A DNA stretch of 64,000 nucleotides from an uncultured archaeon (GTDB lineage: Archaea; Micrarchaeota; Micrarchaeia; Micrarchaeales; CABMGC01). Position 1 is the stretch's first letter. Every line of letters starts with the position of its first letter. The position numbers were made by a program, and so were the translations under genes. The notes under the pieces are model-generated. The model saw nothing but the letters and a program-made list of their open reading frames with translations, had not been told where the DNA came from and made no database searches. The stretch is from positions 64,001 to 128,000 of the forward strand of contig CAWBCT010000005.1 in assembly GCA_963787445.1 (NCBI GenBank). Reading direction: 5' to 3'. Of the stretch, positions 19,820 to 29,079 are shown in pieces.

Positions 19820-21711
19820 CCCAGATTAACCGGAGGCGGGGGTGGGTTGCTATAGATGGGCGGCTGCGGCGGCTCCTCCGGCTTAACGAAGCGCCTGAAC
19901 GAGATCCCGACGGCGGCTATGATGACCACCACGATGACCCCGACCACCCAGGCGGTTGTCGGAATCTGGAATCCGGAAGAGGAGCTGCTCACCGGAGAAG
20001 TTGCGTTTGTCTGCGAGGCGATGGTCGTGGGGTTGAGTATGTGGGTCAGGTTGCCTATCACCGCATTGGAGATGCCGGAGACCGCGTATAGGGACATCCC
20101 CGGGGACCTGGCATCGTAGAAGTAATTTGTGGAGTTGGAGCCGATTAGAGTCGTGACGAGCTTTGCCCAGGTGGAGGTGGTGGCGTTGAACCGGTATAGG
20201 GCGAGCGTGTTCGAGGTCAGGTTATTCCTGAGCAGGTAGGACCTGCTGACATTGAAGGTGTAGTTGACCGCGTTTATGCTGGAGTCGTTTGCCGTGCTGC
20301 TTATGGAGATGTAGCTTATGGGCAGGCCCGGCGGCTTCGGGACCTGCTTGCCGGAGAGCGTCAGGTTCGTGGTGTTTGCGGCGTAGGCCCTCACTCCCAG
20401 CACGTAGGTGGTGAAGTTCTGCCTGGTCGAGAAGGTTATGTTGTCGAATGGGAGGCTCGAACCCTTTACGTTGAGCGTGTCGTTGAAGCCGCTCACCAGG
20501 TTGGTCACGCTGACGACGGCCGACTGGTTGCCCCGGTAGGTCGTCTGGTTGGATGGCACGTACCTCACCGCGACGCTGTTCCCGTTCACAGTGTCGGTTA
20601 TGTAGATCTTCTGGGTGGTGGTCTCATTCACAGCTGATGTGCCGTTCAGGAACGCTTTCAGGTAGGGCGCCGCTGCCTTCACCGCAAGCGGGGTGGAGTT
20701 GCTGCTTGCGCTGTTTATCAGCTGACCCACAGCGCCGGAGCTCAGCGGGCTCCTGGTTGAGTTGCCCTGGGCCACCCAGGTTACCCTGACGGCAGAGCTG
20801 TTGGTCAGGAGATGCTGGACAGTGGTGTTTATCGTGACGAAACCAGTCGGAGTGTAGTTTGAAGTGAAGTGGGCGAGGGTGGTGGCGTTGTGGGCTATCA
20901 AAGTTGCCGGCGCAGGGCGGGCTCCGCCGGACAGCCCGGCTGAGGCGGAAGGTACCGGGAGCGAGGCGGCTGAGATGGAGCCGTTGCCGTTAAAGCCAAC
21001 TATCGGGTTTCCGATGGAGTTGGACGAGCAGCCCACGCACCCGAATTTTAGGCTTAGACCCGTGACAAGGTTCGGGTTCGCGGTCACATTTGCGATGATC
21101 TTCGCCTCGTTGGAAAGCGAGACGCCTATGCTCGACATTACATTCTGCGATGTGAATGAGGAGATGGAGTTGGCAGGCATGGTGGTGATGTTGCGAAGGC
21201 TCTGCGGCGGCGAGGGAGGAGCTGGTAGGGTGCTGACGCCCGTGACCGCCGTTGGAATGGGTCTTGGCGCCGTTGTATTTGCCGCCTTGGTGGTGCTTGT
21301 CGGGCTAGTAATTGTAGTGGATGGTATGGGCGGCGTGACGTTTGCTGTCTTTGGAGTTGGAGCTGGCAGAATTGTCGAGGTCGTTGGAAGGTTCACGTTT
21401 GCGCTTACGGGGATGGTGGTGGGCTGGGTTACCGGAGTGGTCCCGGGAATTATTGAGTTGCCTCCGCTTACAGAGTTAGGCGGGACCAGGGTTGTGGTTG
21501 GAGCAGTTGTCGAAACGGCGCGCGGCGGGATGGTGGTTGGGATTGGGTTGACCTGTATGGTCGTCGAGGTCGGGAGCACCGGGCCTATGACCACCGAATT
21601 CGGTGCTGTTGAGGAGCCTGTCGAAGAGATTCCCACGCTGTTCTGTGCCAGAATAATGCCGGCTGAAAGAGCAACAAAGGACAGAATAAGTAGGAACTTT
21701 GTGCTCTGCAT
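19816..21711 (-). CDS. Thr/Pro-rich cell-surface glycoprotein with PGF-pre-PGF-like domain and C-terminal TM
   Basis: Signal peptide, mucin-like T/P region, LYRFN...W..L...YDARSPGMSLYAV, many NxS/T sequons, C-terminal TM and Pro-rich tail. Confidence 0.8.
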   Translation of the reverse strand: MQSTKFLLILSFVALSAGIILAQNSVGISSTGSSTAPNSVVIGPVLPTSTTIQVNPIPTTIPPRAVSTTAPTTTLVPPNSVSGGNSIIPGTTPVTQPTTIPVSANVNLPTTSTILPAPTPKTANVTPPIPSTTITSPTSTTKAANTTAPRPIPTAVTGVSTLPAPPSPPQSLRNITTMPANSISSFTSQNVMSSIGVSLSNEAKIIANVTANPNLVTGLSLKFGCVGCSSNSIGNPIVGFNGNGSISAASLPVPSASAGLSGGARPAPATLIAHNATTLAHFTSNYTPTGFVTINTTVQHLLTNSSAVRVTWVAQGNSTRSPLSSGAVGQLINSASSNSTPLAVKAAAPYLKAFLNGTSAVNETTTQKIYITDTVNGNSVAVRYVPSNQTTYRGNQSAVVSVTNLVSGFNDTLNVKGSSLPFDNITFSTRQNFTTYVLGVRAYAANTTNLTLSGKQVPKPPGLPISYISISSTANDSSINAVNYTFNVSRSYLLRNNLTSNTLALYRFNATTSTWAKLVTTLIGSNSTNYFYDARSPGMSLYAVSGISNAVIGNLTHILNPTTIASQTNATSPVSSSSSGFQIPTTAWVVGVIVVVIIAAVGISFRRFVKPEEPPQPPIYSNPPPPPVNLG

Positions 21712-21758
21712 GGGTATATAACAAACGGCAATCTTTAAAAATACTCCTGCGGGGTTTG

Positions 21759-22028
21759 TTATCCCTTTTCCTTTCGGGCAAACAGCCCGGCCAACACTGA
21801 AAGATAGACAAGGTAGAATAGGACCATGCCGATCAGCAGGAGAATCGCCACGGCGAGCGAGACCCCTAACTGCACGCCGATGGCCCTAAGCGCGTAGATG
21901 CAGGCAAGCGCGGTGAGGAAGGAAAGGATTCCCGAGACAGCCTTGTACCTGAAAGGGAGCATGAGCAGCCGAATCAGGCCTACCAGAGGCCTGGTCTTCT
22001 CCCTGTTTTTTGACTCTGTCTCTGCCAT
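21759..22028 (-). CDS. Small membrane protein
   Basis: 89 aa with two hydrophobic helices; plausible start. Confidence 0.55.
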   Translation of the reverse strand: MAETESKNREKTRPLVGLIRLLMLPFRYKAVSGILSFLTALACIYALRAIGVQLGVSLAVAILLLIGMVLFYLVYLSVLAGLFARKEKG

Positions 22029-22099
22029 TCAATTACCCATAGTGATGCTTCGCAAACTCATAAATACGGAATGGATATAGAATATCTGTAGGTTTTGCA

Positions 22100-22477
22100 A
22101 TGCAGGGATACCAGCCAGGGGTTTGCAACATAGGCAAGAACGAGAAAAGAAAGAGATACACGCTTGCCGTGGTGGGCTTTCTCATAACGGTTTTGGCGGT
22201 GTACGCCATCGCCTCGTTGGCTTTGCCACAATGGGCGTATCTGTTGTCATTCATCCCGTTGGTGATAGGCTATGAGGGCCTCTACCAGGGCTATTTCAGC
22301 TTCTGCGCAGGATTTGCAGCAGCAGGCATCTCCGACTTTACCGGTTCGGGAGGCTCGAGGGCGAAAGTAACCGATCAAAAATCCCATGAGAAAGACATGC
22401 AAAAGGCCATGCAGATTCACATCTACTCGATCATCTCCAGCATAATAATAGTTGCCATCATCTACCTCCTTGTTTAG
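22100..22477 (+). CDS. Small membrane protein with YQPGVCNIG motif
   Basis: Three TMs; two Cys (CNIG, FCAG). Confidence 0.7.
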   Translation: MQGYQPGVCNIGKNEKRKRYTLAVVGFLITVLAVYAIASLALPQWAYLLSFIPLVIGYEGLYQGYFSFCAGFAAAGISDFTGSGGSRAKVTDQKSHEKDMQKAMQIHIYSIISSIIIVAIIYLLV

Positions 22478-22487
22478 ATGGAACCGG

Positions 22488-22796
22488 CTATTTCATGCTA
22501 GGCAAAACGACTTTTTCGCCAAGTGCGGTAAAAGCTGCACGCAAATCAGCAAGAATTCGTGTGCGATCCGCCCTAGAAATTTTCTCGTCAGTATGAGGGG
22601 GCTTCCAGCACCACTTCCGTGGCGGAAGGATTTCATATCCGATTGGTGATTCGCCCTTATAAAGTCGTTCCCTTCCGAAAATCATTACCCTGTCTCCAAT
22701 CGAGTAATAAACTTCGTACCTCCCACTGATTCCTACCTCGACATCTACGGAGCGGGCTGAAGCACCGGGTGAGACAACTCGAAATTTCTTTGACAT
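22488..22796 (-). CDS. Hypothetical protein, possibly Imm74-like immunity protein
   Basis: The C-terminal W.PPH..EKIS..DR.RIL..L..A pattern is recalled from Imm74-like proteins; AT-rich flanks. Confidence 0.45.
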   Translation of the reverse strand: MSKKFRVVSPGASARSVDVEVGISGRYEVYYSIGDRVMIFGRERLYKGESPIGYEILPPRKWCWKPPHTDEKISRADRTRILADLRAAFTALGEKVVLPSMK

Positions 22797-22963
22797 ACTA
22801 AAACCAAAATCCTTTTTTATGATTAAAAGTTCTAGGTAAAGATATAAAGGTTAATCGTCATTTTTAAGGACTTTATGTGCAAAGCCGTATTAATCTCGGT
22901 TCAATGGCAATAGGCATACAGACTATGGCATTTCAAAACAGGCTTACGTCGTCAAAGATGAAT

Positions 22964-22975
22964 TGGACTCTGCGG
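22964..22975 (-). repeat. 12-bp direct repeat of the tRNA-Ala 3' end (att-like)
   Basis: TGGACTCTGCGG is identical to 23814-23825. Confidence 0.75.
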
Positions 22976-23127
22976 ACATCCGACGGTGAGTCCGCCTTAC
23001 TTATCCTGTTCTTTACCATGATTGGGAGTGGATTATTTATATTTGCTAGCTTTTGATGTGAGAAACTTGTTTCTGGACAAAACAATTCTGTTGAATTATT
23101 GAGCATCCCAAACAACCACAAAGTATT

Positions 23128-23149
23128 TATATGTTAATATATACATATA
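23128..23149. promoter_or_regulatory. Inverted repeat over the vapB promoter (probable TA autorepression operator)
   Basis: TATATGT-N8-ACATATA, ending 12 bp before the vapB ATG. Confidence 0.55.
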
Positions 23150-23161
23150 CATCGTGATCGT

Positions 23162-23380
23162 ATGGCTAAACTTATAGCGGTTTCAGAAGAGGCCTATTTT
23201 AGACTCAGCAAGCTCAAGGGCGATGACAAGTCGTTTACGAAGGTAATAATGGAGTTGACAGAGGAGAAGAAAACGGACATAAGCGACCTGTTTGGCGCCA
23301 TAAGCCTGGATGCGAAAAAGCTGAAGGAGGTCAAGGAGACTATAAAGAAGGAGAGGGAGGGCATGTTTGCCAGGGGATGA
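23162..23380 (+). CDS. vapB: VapB-type antitoxin (DUF217-like)
   Basis: MAKLIAVSEEAYFRLSKLKGDDKSFTKVI...DLFG; overlaps the PIN gene. Confidence 0.85.
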   Translation: MAKLIAVSEEAYFRLSKLKGDDKSFTKVIMELTEEKKTDISDLFGAISLDAKKLKEVKETIKKEREGMFARG

Positions 23381-23760
23381 GCATGAGCGTTTTTGACACC
23401 AATATAATGATAGACTACTTGAACGGCTCAAAAAAGGCCGCCGGCATCATAGGCAAGTATAGGGGCTCGGGAGCCATCGGGATAACTTCCATAACCGGCT
23501 ACGAGCTTGTGAAGGGTATAGGGGATGTGGACAGGAAGACGCTCTCCACGCTGTTTGAGAGGGTGAGAATCTACAATATGGATCTGTCGGTCGCGTGGGT
23601 GGCTGGAGAGCTGTATAAAAAGCTGAAAGCTGCCGGGTTGACGCTTAGCGAGGCAGACCTGCTCATAGTGTCCACGGCGCTCGCCAACGGAGAGACGTTC
23701 GTGACCCAAGACGGGGACTTCAGGAGACTGGGAGCGGAGAAGATAATAGTAGTCCAGTAG
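23377..23760 (+). CDS. vapC: VapC PIN-domain toxin
   Basis: VFDTNIMID...YEL...DLLIVSTA...VTQDGDF acidic PIN residues. Confidence 0.92.
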   Translation: MSMSVFDTNIMIDYLNGSKKAAGIIGKYRGSGAIGITSITGYELVKGIGDVDRKTLSTLFERVRIYNMDLSVAWVAGELYKKLKAAGLTLSEADLLIVSTALANGETFVTQDGDFRRLGAEKIIVVQ

Positions 23761-23813
23761 CCTGCTCTTTGCGGCGCGGAAGGGAGTCGCACGCTGGGTA
23801 CGATGTACTTAAG

Positions 23814-23885
23814 TGGACTCTGCGGGATTCGCACCCGCGGCCTTTCCGTTGCGAACGGAACGCTCTACTCCTGAGCTAAGAGCCC
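23814..23885 (-). tRNA. tRNA-Ala(CGC), no encoded CCA, no intron
   Basis: GGGCTCT/AGAGTCC-A acceptor stem with G3:U70; anticodon arm TTCCG-TTCGCAA-CGGAA; T arm GCGGG-TGCGAAT-CCCGC. Confidence 0.93.
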
Positions 23886-23974
23886 ATGTCTCTTTATACT
23901 AGCTTCTTTTCCCTATAAATCCTTTGTGGAAGATGGATAATTCGCTTTATATTTGTTAGCATCATTATAGCTTT

Positions 23975-25354
23975 ATGAACTCTTCAGCAGAGAAGCGTGC
24001 GAAGCGGATCTTCGCGGAGATACTCCCGACCATCAAGCCAACGAAGAAGGAGACGGCGGAGATGACGGCGAAGGTAAACCTGCTCATGGCGCGCATGAAG
24101 AGGATAGTTCCAAAGAATGTTGAGCTTAGGGTTACCGGCTCGATCTCAAAGGGCACAAACCTGAAGGGAAACGCCGATATCGATCTCTTTATCCTATTCA
24201 GGAGCGGCACAACCAAAGAGAAGCTCATAGCTGACGGGCTGAAATACGCGAAGGGGCTGATAAAGGAGAAGGGCGACAAGTACGAGATAAAGTATGCGGA
24301 GCACCCTTATGTAAGAGTCTTCCTGAAGGGGCTTGGGCTCAGGGCAGACATAGTGCCAGCGCTCAGGATAGAGAACATAGAGGACCTCACTACAGCAGTG
24401 GACAGGACGCCGATGCACACCGCATTCATCAACGACAATCTTACTGAAAAGCAGCGCGATGATGTACGGCTTTTGAAACACCTGCTAAAGGCCCACTTAA
24501 TTTATGGTGCGGAGGCGAAGACGAGCGGCTTCTCGGGATACCTGTGCGAGCTGCTCATCTGCCAGTTCGGAAGCCTGTTCAAGCTGCTTGAAGCTGCAGG
24601 GGCATTCAAGAGCCCGCTGGTGATCAAACCAGGAGAGCATCACATCTCAAACGACAGGAAGACGGCGGAGAAGTTCAGCAGCAACTTTGTGGTCATCGAT
24701 CCGGTGGACCCGGAGAGGAACGTGGGGGCCGGGGTTTCACCCGATGTGATGGGCAACTTCGTCAGGCTCGCAAGAAGCTTCACGAAGAAGCCATCGATGG
24801 AGGCGTTTTACCCGCAGATCTTCAAGCCCGAGAAAGCGAAGGCGCGCATACAGAAGATAATGAGGAACTCAAGGCTTGAGACCTACCTGATAACCGTCCC
24901 GGTGCCGGACAAGAGCGAGGACGTGCTCTGGCCGCAGCTGAGGAAGAACGGGGAGATACTCGTGCAGTACCTGAAGCGGTTCGGGTTCGAGACCTACCTG
25001 CTGGTCCCGTGGATGGAGAAGAACGAGGGCTGCCTGCTTCTGCTTGCGCCTCTGCAGTACCTGGGCACGAGGATGTTCAAGGGCCCCTCCGTCTTCCACA
25101 AGGCGGCGGTGGAGGGCTTCGTGAAGGGCCACAAGGATGCGCTCGGCTTCACCTTTGTTGAGGACAGCATCTACGCGCTGGACAGGAACAAGTACGCGGA
25201 CGTGAAGGCGGCGATAGTGGGTGCGGTGAAGGAGAACGTGATGGAGCGCAACAAGGACGTGAGCATGAAGAAGGCGGAGCTGTTCATCAACCAGATCCCG
25301 CCCAGATATGCGGACTCGGCGTACCTGGAGCTGAGCATGAAGCTGCGCGACTAG
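23975..25354 (+). CDS. cca: Archaeal (class I) CCA-adding enzyme
   Basis: GSISKGTNL...DIDLF, YAEHPYV, AVDRTPMH, GFSGYLCELL, DPVDPERNV. Confidence 0.95.
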   Translation: MNSSAEKRAKRIFAEILPTIKPTKKETAEMTAKVNLLMARMKRIVPKNVELRVTGSISKGTNLKGNADIDLFILFRSGTTKEKLIADGLKYAKGLIKEKGDKYEIKYAEHPYVRVFLKGLGLRADIVPALRIENIEDLTTAVDRTPMHTAFINDNLTEKQRDDVRLLKHLLKAHLIYGAEAKTSGFSGYLCELLICQFGSLFKLLEAAGAFKSPLVIKPGEHHISNDRKTAEKFSSNFVVIDPVDPERNVGAGVSPDVMGNFVRLARSFTKKPSMEAFYPQIFKPEKAKARIQKIMRNSRLETYLITVPVPDKSEDVLWPQLRKNGEILVQYLKRFGFETYLLVPWMEKNEGCLLLLAPLQYLGTRMFKGPSVFHKAAVEGFVKGHKDALGFTFVEDSIYALDRNKYADVKAAIVGAVKENVMERNKDVSMKKAELFINQIPPRYADSAYLELSMKLRD

Positions 25355-25362
25355 GTATTTGC

Positions 25363-27093
25363 ATGTCCTACAACAAGCGCGTTGAGGAGCTCTTCAACGA
25401 GATAGCGGACATAATAGAGATAGAGGACGACAAGCGGATCTTCGAGATACGCGCCTACCGGAAGGCGGCGGTCAACATCGGGGAGCTGCAGGAGGACGTG
25501 GCAGAGATAATCAAGAAGAAGGGGATGGAGGGGCTCAAGGAGATCCCGGGAATAGGGGAGGGATTGGCCAAGAAGATAGAGGAGCTGGTCAGGACCGGCA
25601 GGATGAAGAAGTATGATGAACTGAAGAAGAAGTACCCCATAGACTTCACCAACCTCACCAGGATACAGAGCCTTGGTTCAAGAAAGGCGTTCAAGCTTTA
25701 CAAGGCGCTCAGGATCCGCAACGTGGAGGACCTGAAGAAGGCGGTGGAGGCGCACAAGATCCGCGACCTGGAGGGATTCGGAGAGGACAGCGAGGCGAAG
25801 CTCGCGAAGGGGCTGGAGCAGTTAGCCTCGACCAAGGGCAGGATACTTCTAGGGAAGGCACTGCCAGAGGCAGAATCCATAGTAAGAAAGCTGATCACCT
25901 CGAAACTGGTAGACAAGGTGGAGATAGCCGGTTCAATCAGGAGGATGAGGGAGACCGTGGGCGACATCGACATACTCGCGACTTCGAGCAAGCCGGAGAA
26001 GGTGATGGACGCGTTCTCAAAGCTCGACGAGGTGGAGAGCGTGATCGGGAAGGGGCCGACCAAGAGCACCGTGATGCTCAAGATAGGGATAACCTGCGAC
26101 CTCAGGGTGGTGGAGAGGAAGAGCTTCGGGGCGGCGATGCAGTATTTCATAGGAGGGAAGGACCACAACGTGAAGGTGCGCCAGATAGCGATAAAGAAGG
26201 GCTACAAGCTCAACGAGTACGGGCTGTTCGACCGGAAGGACAGGATAGTTGAGAGCCTGGACGAGTCCGAGATCTACAAGGCCCTGGGAATGGAGTGGCC
26301 CGAGCCGGAGATGAGGGAGAATCGGGGAGAGGTGGAGCTCGCGCTCAGCCACAAGCTGCCGAAGCTGGTCCAGCTGAAGGGGATGAAGGGAGATTTGCAC
26401 ACCCACACCACCAACAGCGACGGAGGAAACACGGTGGAGGAGATGGCGAGGAAGGCGATGGAGCTGGGCTACGAGTACATCGGGATAACGGATCACTCGA
26501 AGAGCGAGTACATCGCGCACGGGATGGACGAGAAGCGATTCCTGAAATACAGCAAGGAGATAGACGCTGCAAACAAGAAGCTGGGCGACAAGATAAGGAT
26601 TCTCAAAAGCGCTGAAACAGATATCTTGAAAGACGGAACACTTGACTTCAGCAAGGAAGCGCTGAAGGAGATGGACTACGTGCTTGCAAGCATCCACACA
26701 AGCCTCACCATGAGCAGGGAGGAGATGACGAAGAGGGTAGTGAAGGCCATGGAGAGCGGGCAGGTGGACATCTTCGGCCACCCGACCGACAGGCTGATTC
26801 AGCAGAGGGACCCGATAAACATGGACCTGGACAGGGTCTTCCAGGCAGCGAAGGACAATGGGGTTGTGATGGAGGTCGACGGATTTCCAGAGAGGCTTGA
26901 CCTGAACGATGAGAACATCTTCAAGGCAAGAGAATATGGATTAAGCTTCGCAATTGACACGGATGCACACAGAACAGGTCACATGGAGCTCATGCGCTAC
27001 GGGATAGGAATGGCGAAGCGTGGATGGCTAAGGAAGGAGGACGTCATAAACACTCAAAGCATTGATAAACTTTTAAAGTTCTTCAGCAAATAA
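25363..27093 (+). CDS. polX: Family X DNA polymerase with C-terminal PHP domain
   Basis: AYRKAA, HhH GIG, GSIRR..TVGDIDIL, DLR, LNEYGL; PHP motifs DLHTHT, TDHS, GHP, DTDAH. Confidence 0.96.
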   Translation: MSYNKRVEELFNEIADIIEIEDDKRIFEIRAYRKAAVNIGELQEDVAEIIKKKGMEGLKEIPGIGEGLAKKIEELVRTGRMKKYDELKKKYPIDFTNLTRIQSLGSRKAFKLYKALRIRNVEDLKKAVEAHKIRDLEGFGEDSEAKLAKGLEQLASTKGRILLGKALPEAESIVRKLITSKLVDKVEIAGSIRRMRETVGDIDILATSSKPEKVMDAFSKLDEVESVIGKGPTKSTVMLKIGITCDLRVVERKSFGAAMQYFIGGKDHNVKVRQIAIKKGYKLNEYGLFDRKDRIVESLDESEIYKALGMEWPEPEMRENRGEVELALSHKLPKLVQLKGMKGDLHTHTTNSDGGNTVEEMARKAMELGYEYIGITDHSKSEYIAHGMDEKRFLKYSKEIDAANKKLGDKIRILKSAETDILKDGTLDFSKEALKEMDYVLASIHTSLTMSREEMTKRVVKAMESGQVDIFGHPTDRLIQQRDPINMDLDRVFQAAKDNGVVMEVDGFPERLDLNDENIFKAREYGLSFAIDTDAHRTGHMELMRYGIGMAKRGWLRKEDVINTQSIDKLLKFFSK

Positions 27094-27101
27094 GCAACCA
27101 G

Positions 27102-27749
27102 TTACAGCTCATCCGGTGAAAAGGCGACTCCTGCAGCGCTAACAAGTTCCGGATATAGACGCTTGGACGTTATCACTGCGGCATCCTTCCAGGAAAGCCC
27201 GTAGGACCTGAGCCTTATCGCAGCCTGCCCCTCCAGATCCTCCCCATCATGGATGTGCGTTTCCAGGCTCAGCCTGCCATGGGAGAACCTGTCCACGTTT
27301 GAAACTGCCAGGCAGTTCGGGCATAGAGCCTCGGCCGCGCCCGCAACCGTTGAGCCTTCCATGGTAGCGATGAACACGTGCAGTCTTGGCACCCGCTCCC
27401 TGAGCTCAGCCACCTTTGGGTCCTGGTTGCGTCTGACGTAGGCCAGGGCAAACTCCCAAAAGGTCTCCTGGTCAAAAGAGTCCTGGTTTAGCAGCCCGTA
27501 GACCTCCTTAGTCAGTTCGGGGCTAGGCCGCCTCATTTTAAGGAGCCCGACGGAAAAGAGATGCCCAAGACGCTCCGACTTTTTGGGAGGATTCTCGTTA
27601 AACTGCCTTCTGCGAAGCTCCACGAAGAGATCCGCAGCGAAGTTGCCTGGCCAAAACCCCCTGTCACCGGTAATCACAAGCGCTTGCTTTGACTTTACCT
27701 GCTGCAGGACTGCCCCGTTGATTGCCATCGAAAGTATGCTATAGTTCAT
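27102..27749 (-). CDS. Hypothetical protein
   Basis: 215-aa ORF with an AT-rich divergent promoter; no confident motif. Confidence 0.6.
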   Translation of the reverse strand: MNYSILSMAINGAVLQQVKSKQALVITGDRGFWPGNFAADLFVELRRRQFNENPPKKSERLGHLFSVGLLKMRRPSPELTKEVYGLLNQDSFDQETFWEFALAYVRRNQDPKVAELRERVPRLHVFIATMEGSTVAGAAEALCPNCLAVSNVDRFSHGRLSLETHIHDGEDLEGQAAIRLRSYGLSWKDAAVITSKRLYPELVSAAGVAFSPDEL

Positions 27750-27825
27750 GATATAAATAACTTCTTAATCGGAAAATGTTGATTTATATATCAAAACAAA
27801 CCAAGGCATTTTAAGTGACTGGAAT

Positions 27826-28437
27826 ATGGACAATACAATTCGTGAAGGGTTCAGCTTTTCGCTGTACAGGGCCCTACGGGGGCCGGTAAGATCCTCAAGA
27901 GTAGTGGCCTGGATTGTTTTGCAGTCCAAGTACCTGGCCAGCCTTACAAACGATCCCGCGGTATCCAGCAGACCGGGAACGACTCTGGCCCACATAGCGA
28001 TTGGATACCACTCGGAGCTCGCGGACACGGTTTTCAAAAGCGAGTACCTATCAAACCTGAGGGATGAGAACGGCTGGAGCACGGTTCACACGGGAGCGCG
28101 CGCCTCAGGATCTGCGGCGACGAAGGCCATAGGGAACGAGAAGTTGAGGATGAAGATGGACCAACAGGGCTCGATAGTTCTGGGAGTGGGGCTCGAGAAC
28201 CATCTCGACGTGGCTGCGGCGGTGGCCGGGGACAGAAAGCTGCAGCCGCTCCTGGAGCTGAGAGATGGGAAGGGCACCAAAATGTTTGACCTAGTCTGCC
28301 GCGCGCACCTGAGCCATGAGGGATGCGTCGCGGTGTCGGAAGGTCGTGAACCGGTCGCAGTTCTCGGAAACATCCTGCGCAACAGGACTGTACTGGCTTC
28401 AGGTCTCAGAAAGATGCCGCACCGGGTTCTAGCCTAG
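27826..28437 (+). CDS. Hypothetical protein with degenerate ankyrin-like repeats
   Basis: GTTLAHIA, RDENGWSTVHTGA, DQQGSIVL and RDGKGTKMFD recur at ~33-37 aa spacing. Confidence 0.55.
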   Translation: MDNTIREGFSFSLYRALRGPVRSSRVVAWIVLQSKYLASLTNDPAVSSRPGTTLAHIAIGYHSELADTVFKSEYLSNLRDENGWSTVHTGARASGSAATKAIGNEKLRMKMDQQGSIVLGVGLENHLDVAAAVAGDRKLQPLLELRDGKGTKMFDLVCRAHLSHEGCVAVSEGREPVAVLGNILRNRTVLASGLRKMPHRVLA

Positions 28438-29004
28438 GCTTCCAAGGATCTCTTCGGTGCTTCTTACGCGGCCCATCCGCTTGAACGTTATCTCAAGGCT
28501 TATCCTGTGCGCCTCCTCGGACGGCCCGGCCATGGCATCCTCAGCAAAGATCTGCTGAAAGCCGTACTCATAGGCGAAACGGGCGGTGCTCTCGACTCCA
28601 TGGTTCGTGGAGATCCCGCAGAGCACGATCGTGTCCATCCCTCGTCTCCTTAACTGCAGTTCTAGGTCAGTGCCGTAGAAGGCGCCCCACTGCTTCTTTG
28701 TTATGATTATGTCGCTTTCCGCTTTTGCCAGCTCCGGAACAAAATCAGAGAAGTCCGCGCCCATCATGCCCGGGCGTGGAGTCCAGGAAGCGTCTGCCAG
28801 GACCTGAATCCTCTCCTTATCAGAAGAGACAACGTGCACCAGCATAACGGGCATCCCGTTCTTCCTGAAGGCGCCGGCAAGCTTTGCGGCATTGTCAATC
28901 ACCGTCTTTGAGGAGTGGGGCTTGGTCTCCATCATCGCTATCCCTTTTTGCAGGTCTATAACTACGAGTGCTGTTTTTTGCTTGTTTATCGCCAGGTCAT
29001 CCAT
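28429..29004 (-). CDS. Isochorismatase-family hydrolase (YecD-like)
   Basis: ALVVIDLQ, KKQWGAFYGTDL, GISTNHGVESTAR. Confidence 0.93.
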   Translation of the reverse strand: MDDLAINKQKTALVVIDLQKGIAMMETKPHSSKTVIDNAAKLAGAFRKNGMPVMLVHVVSSDKERIQVLADASWTPRPGMMGADFSDFVPELAKAESDIIITKKQWGAFYGTDLELQLRRRGMDTIVLCGISTNHGVESTARFAYEYGFQQIFAEDAMAGPSEEAHRISLEITFKRMGRVRSTEEILGSLG

Positions 29005-29079
29005 GATTTCACCGTTAAGCTTTAGCGGCACAAAAATATATTAATTGCAATAGAGGATACCTTACACCAAAGTGAGAGG

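Noticed and set aside
20864-21721. Val/Gly-rich antisense ORFs here and at 61027-61680
   Set aside because: Antisense read-out of Thr/Pro-rich low-complexity coding sequence.
22933-23121. 62-aa ORF crossing the att-like repeat as a split SSV-type integrase fragment
   Set aside because: No tyrosine-recombinase motif is recognisable and the start is weak; cannot be supported.
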